From Octopus bimaculoides (Eukaryota): 36,415 nt of DNA. Shown here piece after piece: positions 21,652 to 33,196 of the stretch. Numbering within the stretch: position 1 is the stretch's first letter; every line of letters begins with the position of its first letter. The notes under the pieces are model-generated. The model did no database searches and was not told the origin of the DNA. It saw only the letters and a list, made by a program, of their open reading frames with translations. The DNA lies in NCBI RefSeq assembly GCF_001194135.2, contig NC_068991.1:3082746-3119160 (forward strand), given 5' to 3'. Made by a program: the position numbers and the translations under genes.

Positions 21652-22018
21652 GCGGCTGCATGCAGAATGGGTGTAGGGTGAGGAAGATAATTAGATTGCC
21701 TTAAATCTAATGAGCTTAGTACCTTTCGTGGCCAATTAACGACCACAAACGCATATTGCATTAACTCAAATCAAGAAAGTGCCAATGAGCGACGCAACGT
21801 AAAATCTCTCAGAGCAAAGCATGAAGGCCATTTATGCTCAGATTTTGTTTTCGTCCGATTTGTGCATAGCACCCATAAATAAATCCAATTTTGGTTTCCT
21901 CCATCGATTATAGGGTGCTATGCAGGGAAAAATAACGGAATCACCAAATTTAGAGGAGCAGCTCAGAGTAAATGTATGTTTGTGTGTGTGTGGGGGGGTT
22001 GGGGGGGTTGGGTGGGGG

Positions 22019-22221
22019 TTTAAGAAGCTTGTTTCCCTGCAACATGGTTCCGGATACAGTCCTGCTGCGTGGCACCTTGAGCAAGTGTCATCTACAATAG
22101 TCTAGGGGTCGGCCAAAGCCTTGTAAGTGGATTTGGCAGACGGAAACTGGAAGAAGCCCTTCATGTGTGTGTGTGTGCATATATATATATATATATTTAT
22201 GTATGTATGCATGTATCTATG

Positions 22222-22295
<74 letters not shown>

Positions 22296-22413
22296 CATAT
22301 GCATGTATGTATATATATATGTGTGTGTGCGTGTGTATTTATGTATGTATATGTGTGTGCATGTGTGCGTCCCCTACAACCGCTTGACAACCAGTGTTGG
22401 TGTGTTTCCGGTC
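22019..22413 (+). mobile_element. SINE family B (CORE-like) with internal (TA)/(TG) tract
   Basis: ctgcgtggcaccttgagcaagtgtc…gtggatttggcagacggaaactggaagaagccc…cgcttgacaaccagtgttggtgtgttt. Confidence 0.85.
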
Positions 22414-23057
22414 GAACGCCCTTAGAATTCTTCTAGTCCACGGCCCTACATTTTGTAGTTGCGGCAGCCCTCACGTTCCAGTAGGCAAACTAATGCTCCT
22501 GCCTGCGGCCCCAAATATTCACCTTACAAATTTGACAAATGCCCCCACGGGGAGAACAAGCGCGTTGGATAGCGCAGACGCCGTAGCCGTTCGTCGTTGA
22601 GGTGTAGGGTCATGTTCGGAGTGTCGGTGTGGGTCCAAGTTCACATGTAGTCTCTGGTCACATGCATACACTTTTTGGGACAGTGTGGTCCGTAGCAACG
22701 GCAACAACAACAACAACAACAACAGCAATTCGTCCTCTTCATTCTCAGCAAACCCACCCTCCTCCTCGCTCTCTACCTCGCTCTCCTCCTCGCTCTCCTC
22801 CTCTCCTTTTGCATCTTCATTTCGAGTGACGTGCTCCCTCTTCCTCTCTCTTTCTCTGTCTGTCTGTCTGTCTCTGTCTGTCTGTCTGTCTCTGTTTCCA
22901 TGTGTGTGTGTGTGTGGAAGACCATCTCTCTCTCTCTCTCTCTCTCTTTATATCAGCCTGTTGTCTGTTTGTCTCTCTTCCTCAATTTTTCTCTCGTCTC
23001 TCTCAAATAAAATTTGTCATCAACTCAGCCTTACACGACACACACATATACACTGAC

Positions 23058-23095
<38 letters not shown>

Positions 23096-23727
23096 ATGAA
23101 CGTACTCTGCTATTAACACACGCGCATGCATATACAAATACACAGGTACACACGCACATACATATGCACACACACACAGACACACTCATATACATAAACA
23201 CACACCACACACACATATACAAGCACACAAACACGAACATAAACACACACAATCATATACGTAAACATGCTCATACATAAACACATACACAAACTTAAAT
23301 ACACACACATAAATACACTCATGCCAACACACTCACACACACACACACACACACGAACCTATTCACTACACAATCTCGCACTTGCCTGTCACACACACAT
23401 ATACACCTACACATACCCCGCATAAACGCACTAACATACACTACTGTTGAACGCGCTACACCACACACTATCCCCGCTCAGCCACCACCACCGCCACTGC
23501 TATCACCACCACCACCGCCACTGCTATCACCACCACCGCTGCAGACGCCTCCACCACCACCACCACCACCACCTCTGCTGTCATCTTCTCCGCCACCGCC
23601 GTCACCACTCGACGACTCCCAAGAAAGCCAGAAACGTCAACCGGAAATTATTTAGAAAAATTGCGCATCAAAATTGTTTTAGCGACAGGAACAGGCAGAA
23701 AATTAGTTACAGAAGCAGCAACTATCA

Positions 23728-23835
23728 CCTCTTCTTCTTCTTCTTCTTCTTCTTCTTCTTCTTCTTCTTCTTCTTCTTCTTCTTCTTCTTCTTCTTCTTC
23801 TTCTTCTTCTTCTTCCTCCTCCTCCTCCTCCTCCT
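23728..23835. repeat. (TTC)n followed by (TCC)n microsatellite
   Basis: Direct reading. Confidence 0.95.
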
Positions 23836-24019
23836 CTCCACCACCACTACCATTCCGTCCACTACCTCGGTCACCAACCATCACTTCCACAACCAACCAC
23901 CTACACCACCATCAGCAGACGCAGCAGCATCAACATCATCACCTTCAACATCACTACTATATCACCACCATCACCATCACCATCCCCGCTTCCACGACAC
24001 TTAGAGTAGTGTAATAGTA

Positions 24020-24790
24020 TGTAGAAACTTGTGTTGATGAGTTGGGATTTGTAGAGATGTGTGTTGTCGTGTAGAGATAGATGTGTAGAGATGTGTGTTT
24101 TGTAGAGATTCGTAGAAATTGTTTTGCAAAGATTTGTAGAGTTGTGTGTTGTGTAGATATATTGTACAGATGCATGTTGGTATGTAGAGATTTGTTAGAG
24201 ATTTGTAGGGATGCGCATTGGTGTGTGTAGGCTTGTAGAGATGTATGGTGTTTGTTGATATTTGTAGAGATGTGCGTTCGTGTGTATAAACTCGTATATA
24301 TGCCTGTTTGTGTGGATATTTGAGATGCCCGTTACGGTTCAGAGATTTGTAGAGATGCATGCTTGCGTGTAGAGATTTGTAGAGATGCATGCTTGTATGT
24401 CGAGATTTGTAGAGATGCATGCTTACGTGTAGAGATTTGTAGATATGCATGCTTGTGTGTAGAGATTTGTAGAGATGCATGCTTGTATGTCGAGATTTGT
24501 AGAGATGCATGCTTGCGTGTAGAGATTTGTCGAGTTGTTCGTTGTCGTGTAGAGAATTGTAGTAAAGATGCCTGCTTGCGAGTACAAAATTGTTCAGATA
24601 TGCGTTGTGTAAAGATTTCTAGAAGTGTGTTAATGCGTAAAAAATTGTAAAGATGTGTATTGTGCAGAGATGCGTGGAGATGCGTGTTGGTGTGTAGAGA
24701 TATACAGAAGCGTGTTGGGTAGACATTTGTAGAGATGTGCTATATAGAATCGTGTGATGGTGTGCAGCGACCTCTACAGATGTAGAGTTA
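24020..24790. repeat. Minisatellite: 6.3 x 30-bp units (24341-24530) inside a degenerate ~10-bp tgtagagat periodic tract
   Basis: Unit agagatttgtagagatgcatgcttg(c/t)(g/a)tgt read in register. Confidence 0.9.
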
Positions 24791-25397
24791 GTGGAGACAA
24801 ACTATCCAATGCGTCCATTTTATAACGGCAGGATGAGTTGAGGGAGATTTGACTGCTGTTTCGAGCGACCACATAGGGGCTGCTTTATTGGCTCATTAAT
24901 AGCGTTGTTTGGGATAGTAGCGTATGCTGGTGACGAGCCTGTGTTGTTTTGGCGTTATTGCTGTTCATGATTATTCTGGCCGTGCATACAAGACGACTAA
25001 GTTTTGGTGGTGAGATTTTATTGTGGTAGTGGTGGTGGTGTTGATGATGATGAAGATGATGATGGTGATAGTGGTGGTGGTGGTGGTGGTGATGAGGATG
25101 ATGGAGATGATTATGAAAATAATGATGATAATGTGACTGGTAGAATTCGCAGCGAGTTAGCCATCTTGGAATTATCATCACCATCAGCACCACTGTCACC
25201 CACACCGTCATCATCACCATCATCGTCATCATTGTCATTATCACCACCACCACCACCACCACCACCATCATCATCATGATCATCATCATCAATTCTTATT
25301 CGGTTTCTGTGTTACCGTACCAACCCTCAGATTTTGTAATGCGTGTCGCTATGTCTCCACACTCCCCCCCTAGCCACCGATCGGATAATAAAAGGAC

Positions 25398-25465
<68 letters not shown>

Positions 25466-25519
25466 TTTGTGGACGTTTACGTTGCTAATATTGCGGTATT
25501 GAAAAGAATGTGTAGAAAA

Positions 25520-26516
25520 TGATAAATAGTTTTGCGTATTTAATTGAAATTCACTGCAAAACTAGATTGAATGCGTGTGTGTGTGGGTGTGTGTATATGT
25601 GTGTGTGTGGGTGCATGTGTATATGTGTTTGTATGTGTATGTATGTGTGTGTGTGTATGTGTATATGTGTTTGTGTATGCGAGCGTGTGTGCATATATGC
25701 ATCAATGTATGCACGTATGAATGGATGTATATGTATTTATATGCAGCAGGAATATGTCTGACGAATCTCTCCATTAATATATGGAGTTATTCATGCTTGA
25801 ATACATACATACATACATACATACATACATACACACATACATACATATATATATATCTATATATATATATATATATATATATGTATGCATATATATATAT
25901 ATACACACACACATATGTGCGCTGGTATATGTANNNNNNNNNNNNNNNNNNNNNNNNNNNNNNNNNNNNNNNNNNNNNNNNNNNNNNNNNNNNNNNNNNN
26001 NNNNNNNNNNNNNNNNNNNNNNNNNNNNNNNNNNNNNNNNNNNNNNNNNNNNNNNNNNNNNNNNNNNNNNNNNNNNNNNNNNNNNNNNNNNNNNNNNNNN
26101 NNNNNNNNNNNNNNNNNNNNNNNNNNNNNNNNNNNNNNNNNNNNNNNNNNNNNNNNNNNNNNNNNNNNNNNNNNNNNNNNNNNNNNNNNNNNNNNNNNNN
26201 NNNNNNNNNNNNNNNNNNNNNNNNNNNNNNNNNNNNNNNNNNNNNNNNNNNNNNNNNNNNNNNNNNNNNNNNNNNNNNNNNNNNNNNNNNNNNNNNNNNN
26301 NNNNNNNNNNNNNNNNNNNNNNNNNNNNNNNNNNNNNNNNNNNNNNNNNNNNNNNNNNNNNNNNNNNNNNNNNNNNNNNNNNNNNNNNNNNNNNNNNNNN
26401 NNNNNNNNNNNNNNNNNNNNNNNNNNNNNNNNNNNNNNNNNNNNNNNNNNNNNNNNNNNNNNNNNNNNNNNNNNNNNNNNNNNNNNNNNNNNNNNNNNNN
26501 NNNNNNNNNNNNNNNN

Positions 26517-26554
<38 letters not shown>

Positions 26555-26627
26555 GTGTGTGTGGGTATGTATATTATATACATATATCTATATCTATATA
26601 CATACAAACATACACAAACACAATATA

Positions 26628-26668
<41 letters not shown>

Positions 26669-26869
26669 TCACACACATCCACACATCCACACATATATAT
26701 ATATATATACATACGTTTGTGTGTGTGTGTGCGTGTGTGTAAGGTGTTCCTTAATTCACTGAAACACACACACACACACACATATATATACGCGCACGTG
26801 TGTGTATGCACGCAGATATGCATTTTTGTACGTTTGTATCACTGGAGATATAAATTTATATATATATGC

Positions 26870-26928
<59 letters not shown>

Positions 26929-26951
26929 ATAATATATTCTTGCATAGGTGC

Positions 26952-26986
<35 letters not shown>

Positions 26987-27120
26987 CATGTATGTAGCTA
27001 TGTATGTATGCGTATCTGTGCGTGTGTGTATGTATGTATCTATGTATATATCTGTACGTATATGTGTTTAGTTATACATACATACGCTTGTATGCTATAT
27101 GTCATGTCTATCTATCTATC

Positions 27121-27175
<55 letters not shown>

Positions 27176-27776
27176 NNNNNNNNNNNNNNNNNNNNNNNNN
27201 NNNNNNNNNNNNNNNNNNNNNNNNNNNNNNNNNNNNNNNNNNNNNNNNNNNNNNNNNNNNNNNNNNNNNNNNNNNNNNNNNNNNNNNNNNNNNNNNNNNN
27301 NNNNNNNNNNNNNNNNNNNNNNNNNNNNNNNNNNNNNNNNNNNNNNNNNNNNNNNNNNNNNNNNNNNNNNNNNNNNNNNNNNNNNNNNNNNNNNNNNNNN
27401 NNNNNNNNNNNNNNNNNNNNNNNNNNNNNNNNNNNNNNNNNNNNNNNNNNNNNNNNNNNNNNNNNNNNNNNNNNNNNNNNNNNNNNNNNNNNNNNNNNNN
27501 NNNNNNNNNNNNNNNNNNNNNNNNNNNNNNNNNNNNNNNNNNNNNNNNNNNNNNNNNNNNNNNNNNNNNNNNNNNNNNNNNNNNNNNNNNNNNNNNNNNN
27601 NNNNNNNNNNNNNNNNNNNNNNNNNNNNNNNNNNNNNNNNNNNNNNNNNNNNNNNNNNNNNNNNNNNNNNNNNNNNNNNNNNNNNNNNNNNNNNNNNNNN
27701 NNNNNNNNNNNNNNNNNNNNNNNNNNNNNNNNNNNNNNNNNNNNNNNNNNNNNNNNNNNNNNNNNNNNNNNNNNNN

Positions 27777-27831
<55 letters not shown>

Positions 27832-27905
27832 ATGTGTGTATATATATTTATAGGTGTATACGAGTATATATATGTTTATATATACACACATATACACACA
27901 TATTG

Positions 27906-27939
<34 letters not shown>

Positions 27940-27940
27940 T
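25520..27940. repeat. Long (TA)/(TG)/(TATG) compound microsatellite region with two large N gaps
   Basis: Direct reading; gaps at 25934-26516 and 27176-27776. Confidence 0.9.
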
Positions 27941-28311
27941 AACAAGCAGTGCCAGTCTGCTAAATACAGCAGCCAAAATGGCTAAAACAAATTTTCACTT
28001 CAACACAAAGGTGAAAGCGGGCTAATGAATAAAAATCCCCAAGACCCCGTGCAAATAACGAAAATAATCGAAAATTGAAAAAGTCTGACATACCCGTATC
28101 TCCATGATCTCTTCAGCGAGTCCTACTGACCACCAGGGTTATAGAGATTATTCATCTCACCAATGTGACCGTTTTTAATGCCACAGCAAATAAAAAAAAA
28201 AAAAATTATCGTTACGGGTTTTTTACGCATGATAAGCCAATTATATTATAAACAATCATACCCTCATATATGTAGATATATAATATAATAACTAATTTCT
28301 GCCAGCTCGGC

Positions 28312-28681
28312 CTCTTCCAGGATGATAATGCACCAATTGACACTGCTAAGCTGTTACTGAATGGCACGAGGATCATTCTAGTGTAGTTGAACATCTCATC
28401 TGGCCACCACAGTCCCCCAGATCTCAGTATTATTGAACATATATGGTGCATTTTAGAAAAACAAGCAAGGAGTCGATATCCTCTGCCATCATCACTACAA
28501 GAACTGGACACCGTTTTAGCTGAAGAATGGAGAAAAATTCCTTTGGAAACCATTTAAACTTTGTACGAGTCCAGACCTCGTAAAATTCAAGCTGTAATTA
28601 CTGCCAAAGGCGGTCCTACCCCATATTAAAATAAATTTGCTTGAAATTTTAAGGTGTTTCCATCATTTTGTCCAACCCCTG
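28312..28681 (+). mobile_element. Tc1-like transposon 3' end (DD36E/DD37E-type catalytic spacing), pseudogenised, with right TIR
   Basis: LFQDDNAPIDTAK/VTEWHEDHSSVVEHLIWPPQSPDLSIIEHIW…AKGGPTPY*; TIR reverse-complements to CAGGGGTTGGACAAAATGATGGAAACACCTT (28651-28681), followed by TA. Confidence 0.9.
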
Positions 28682-28849
28682 TACACNNNNNNNNNNNNNN
28701 NNNNNNNNNNNNNNNNNNNNNNNNNNNNNNNNNNNNNNNNNNNNNNNNNNNNNNNNNNNNNNNNNNNNNNNNNNNNNNNNNNNNNNTATATATATATATA
28801 TATATATATGTATACATATATAAATGTATGTATATGTTTTCAGTAAGTA

Positions 28850-29737
28850 CGTATAATAATGAAAAAAAAAATAGTTACATGGGTAGCAAAAATTCACATA
28901 AGCGCCAAAGATATTACAGACTACTTATAAAGGTAGAAATTCCAAGGTTAAGTGAAATGTATAACATGGATAAATCAAGAAATGGAGTCAAAAGCAGGTG
29001 TTATTCAAACCATTTATACTTCCAACATATGTTTCGGAAAAAGCGTTGAGATTATTCCGGAGGGAATAAAAATGATACAAAACAATGCAATCATCTTGTC
29101 AGGAAAAAAAAAGGAACAAAACACATCAATAAGTCATCTTAACCGAATATGATTACCGCGTACGTAAGGATATGATGTAAGGAGAACGCTAGCAAGTTAT
29201 ATTTTAAAAATACAACGTTAATAGATTTAACGTTAAAGGCAATTTAGAGAAATCGAAGGAGGAGAAAGAAAGAAATTAACAGAACATTAAGAGTGGTAAA
29301 TATATATAATGTGATAGATGAATGGGAATAAAGTTTAAAAGCGTGGAAATTGATACATCTAGTGGAAATGAAATGTAAGAAGACACTTAAAGGTCGAATC
29401 TTATAGATTGGTAGAAATTACTTATAGGAACTAAAGGTATGTTATTGCCAATGTTTACAACGATAAGCGCATTCTTTAAACGCGTTTACAAGTGTATTCT
29501 TCGAGAAAAGGATGAAAAATAGGTGTTCGTTACAGAGCAGACAAAAAGATTTGCCTTTGGCATATGGGAAGGATCTAGATAGAATTTTCCATTCTAAAAT
29601 GTATTGTTTATTATGTTCCTTTAGAGACCAAATTAATTTACTAAGCCCAGTGTTATTGCGTTTGTTGATAAGTCTAAATGTAGAATAATGGTTAGATATT
29701 CTTTTCGACAACTGAGACGAAGAGTTACCTATGTAAA
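28850..29737 (-). mobile_element. Penelope-like element 3' end: GIY-YIG endonuclease C-terminal half (about 29430-29737) plus putative 3' pLTR
   Basis: YIG…KRISNHYSTF…NTGLSKLIWSLK…WKIL…PY…CLLCNE…LVN…CKH matches the PLE endonuclease pattern; downstream boundary approximate; decayed hammerhead-like motif at 29013-29070. Confidence 0.8.
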
Positions 29738-29754
29738 AAAAAAAGGACATCAGA

Positions 29755-29838
29755 ACCGGAAGTAATTTTACATTGATAAACAGAGCTTCTAGTCTTAGAA
29801 TTACTGCTAAGGAAACGAATTCGATTCGAATTTATATC

Positions 29839-29889
<51 letters not shown>

Positions 29890-30035
29890 AGGAGAGAGAG
29901 ATAGAGAAGGAAGGAAGGAGACAGAGGAAGAGAGAGATGCAAACCCGCAAAATATTCTTAGACTCACTGATCAATGTATAAGTTTACGTAAGACACAAGA
30001 TGGCGTCAGATAGACATCAGGTCTGATCGAAGGTA
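29755..30035 (+). promoter_or_regulatory. Promoter-like motif cluster (ETS CCGGAAGT, YY1-like CAAGATGGCG) with possible short first exon
   Basis: ccggaagt at 29757; caagatggcg at 29996-30005 containing ATG (MASDRHQ); possible donors cag|gtctga (30020) and aag|gtaaaa (30032). Confidence 0.3.
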
Positions 30036-30313
30036 AAAGCAAAAATCTTCCTGCATTTACGGTTAGATATTTGATGTGCTTTCGAGTTGTAGTCACGACA
30101 CACGGCCATAACTTAGCACACACTAAGACTGAAGGCATGTGGGTGGGTGGATGTCGGGTATTGGGTTTGTATCCGTATTAGAATATTGTCCATTTACTTG
30201 AATTTCATACCTAAAAATTAATAATTTTTAAATAACAAATTAGGAATTATTGTTTTCTTTAAAAGAAATCTTTCCTAATTAATATTTATTGTTATAGTTT
30301 GGCGCAGGAGCAT

Positions 30314-30418
30314 CAACATCGTCGTCGTCGTCGTCATCATCATCATCATCATCCTTACCACCACCACCACCACCACCACCACCACCACCACAACCACAAC
30401 CACCACCACCACCATCAC

Positions 30419-30452
<34 letters not shown>

Positions 30453-30820
30453 GACACCACTATCATCAAATAATCTTCACCACCACCACCACCACTACTA
30501 CCACCACCACCACCACCACCAGTACAGACTCCCTCTCTCTCTCTCCACCGCAGCCACTCTACCTCCTCACCTCTTCTTCCTCCCTCTCCTCCCTTCACTC
30601 ATTCACACGCTCCTCCTCTCTCTCTACTCCGCTCCCCTCTACCTCCCTACCTCTTCCTTTTCCCTCCCTACCTCTCCTCCTTCCATCCCTCAGTCATTCA
30701 CGCGTTCCTTCTCTCCCTCCTCTACACCCTCCCTCTTATCCCATTCTGTCCTCTCCCTGCTCTTCCTTCTCCTCACCTTCCTCCTCCTACACCTCACCAC
30801 TCCTGCTCACCTGCCTTCAC
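30314..30820. repeat. (CAT/CAC)n microsatellite followed by a polypyrimidine tract
   Basis: Direct reading. Confidence 0.9.
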
Positions 30821-31185
30821 CTGATTGGTCCGTAGGCCAGTAGACAGGAAATTGCAGTGGCCGACCAACAACCGGAAGTGAATTAATTTCTCATGGAAAT
30901 ATAAAGCACAAAAATACAAAATAAGGTGAATAATTAAAACAAAGCAAAACGACGAGAACAGCAACAACAACAACAACAACAGTAGCAACAATAACAAGAC
31001 GAGCAACGGCAGTTTTACCTCTCACAAAAGAACATGCGCGCGCATGATCATAGCTGGACGAAGAGACTTACAGACAGACGCTTAGAGACGCACTTTATGT
31101 ATGTATGTATGTATGTATGTATGTATGTATGTATGTATGTATGTATCTATCTATTTATCTGTCCGTTTGTCTGTTCGTCTGTCTG

Positions 31186-31229
<44 letters not shown>

Positions 31230-31661
31230 TCAATCCATCCATCCATCCATGCAGCTACCTTCATTCTAATTTGTACATTTCTGATCTCTCTCTCTCTCTC
31301 TCTCTNNNNNNNNNNNNNNNNNNNNNNNNNNNNNNNNNNNNNNNNNNNNNNNNNNNNNNNNNNNNNNNNNNNNNNNNNNNNNNNNNNNNNNNNNNNNNNN
31401 NNNNNNNNNNNNNNNNNNNNNNNNNNNNNNNNNNNNNNNNNNNNNNNNNNNNNNNNNNNNNNNNNNNNNNNNNNNNNNNNNNNNNNNNNNNNNNNNNNNN
31501 NNNNNNNNNNNNNNNNNNNNNNNNNNNNNNNNNNNNNNNNNNNNNNNNNNNNNNNNNNNNNNNNNNNNNNNNNNNNNNNNNNNNNNNNNNNNNNNNNNNN
31601 NNNNNNNNNNNNNNNNNNNNNNNNNNNNNNNNNNNNNNNNNNNNNNNNNNNNNNNNNNNNN

Positions 31662-31705
<44 letters not shown>

Positions 31706-32339
31706 CATATACACGCATATATATGCATACACGTTCATAGATCGTGCATGCACATGCATATACGCACACACACACACACACATTCGCACACGCGTACGGA
31801 GTGTCTGTTTCTATCTTTCTTTCTCTATCCCAGACACCTCCAGCTCCTATCCCACCCCCTCTAAATTGTCTCTACGACTCTATACCCCTCCGAAACCCCC
31901 TTGCACTTCCCCTATTACAACCTGCACTTTCTATCCTCTCCCCTCCACTCACATCACCGACGTCATTCCGGAAGACGCCGGGACTGAACGATTTAAAATA
32001 AAAATAAATAAATAAAGAGAAAATTACAGATAATAATAATAATAAAAAGACAACGGTGATGCTGGCGAAATGAAGAAGAGCAAATGATGGCGAGAGAGTG
32101 TGTCCTGGGAATCACCGCTAGAACAATACTGTGGCTGATTGGTTTAAAATTCTCCTCATTCACTGCGATTCTCGGCTGAACTCAATGCAAACCTGAGTCG
32201 CTGGTTCCAGGGAGGCCAAAGCGAAAGACGTAACACCCAACCAAACCACGCCACGTCACGCTCCGCCGACGACTCCCTCTCCTCCTTATTTCCATAAAAG
32301 ATGCTGTAAATACAAACACGACACACACACACCTATGTG

Positions 32340-32790
32340 TATATGTGTATACATATATATACATTTTCTGTTTCTCATATATATATACAAATACATATAC
32401 ATATACACATACACAAGCACGCACATACATATATTCATACACACACATGCACATAACTCATACACACAAACATGCACAAACATACATACATACATACATA
32501 CATAATACATACATACATACATACATACATACATGCATGCATAATACATACACACATGCATACACATACATACATACACACGTACACACACATACATACA
32601 CACATACATACATACACACACACATACACACATACATACATACATACACACATATATACATACATACCAACATGCATACACATCCTTATATACACATATA
32701 CATGCATACACACACATACATACACATGCATACATACATACATACATACTACATACATACATACATACACAAACACATGCATATACAATA
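32340..32790. repeat. (TACA)/(CA) compound microsatellite
   Basis: Direct reading. Confidence 0.9.
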
Positions 32791-32980
32791 GGTTATGTTG
32801 CTGACGTTTTTACAGTTGTTTTTTATTATTTTATTACTTTTTTGTCGTTTTTTTTGTAGTTTTTACTCTTGCTGTTGTTTTTGTTGTTTTTGTTGCTAAG
32901 GTTTGTTATAATTATTGTTATTGTTTGTTTTGTTATCACTGTTGTTGTTGTTGTTGCTGTTACTGCAATTCCGTTGTGAA

Positions 32981-33196
32981 GGCGCGTGGCTTAGTGGTTA
33001 GGGCTTCCTGGTGACGATCGTAAGGTCGAGCGTTCAATTCCCCGCGGCGCGTTGTATCCTTAAGGAAGTCTTTTTATTTCATGCTGTTCCAGTCCATTCA
33101 GCTGGCAAAAATGAGTTATACCTGTAATTCAAAGGGGGCCACCCTTGTCACATTCTGTGTCACACTGGATCTCTTTCAGAACTACATTAAGAGTAC
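32981..33196 (+). mobile_element. tRNA-derived SINE sharing its 3' module with family C, 3'-truncated
   Basis: A box TGGCTTAGTGG (32987-32997), B-box-like GTTCAATTCCC (33032-33042); cctgtaattcaaagggg…cttgtcac…agaactacattaagagtac matches 6918-7058. Confidence 0.8.

Noticed and set aside
23605-23645. ctcgacga…GAAACGTC resembling a hammerhead
   Set aside because: No stem II or stem I pairing
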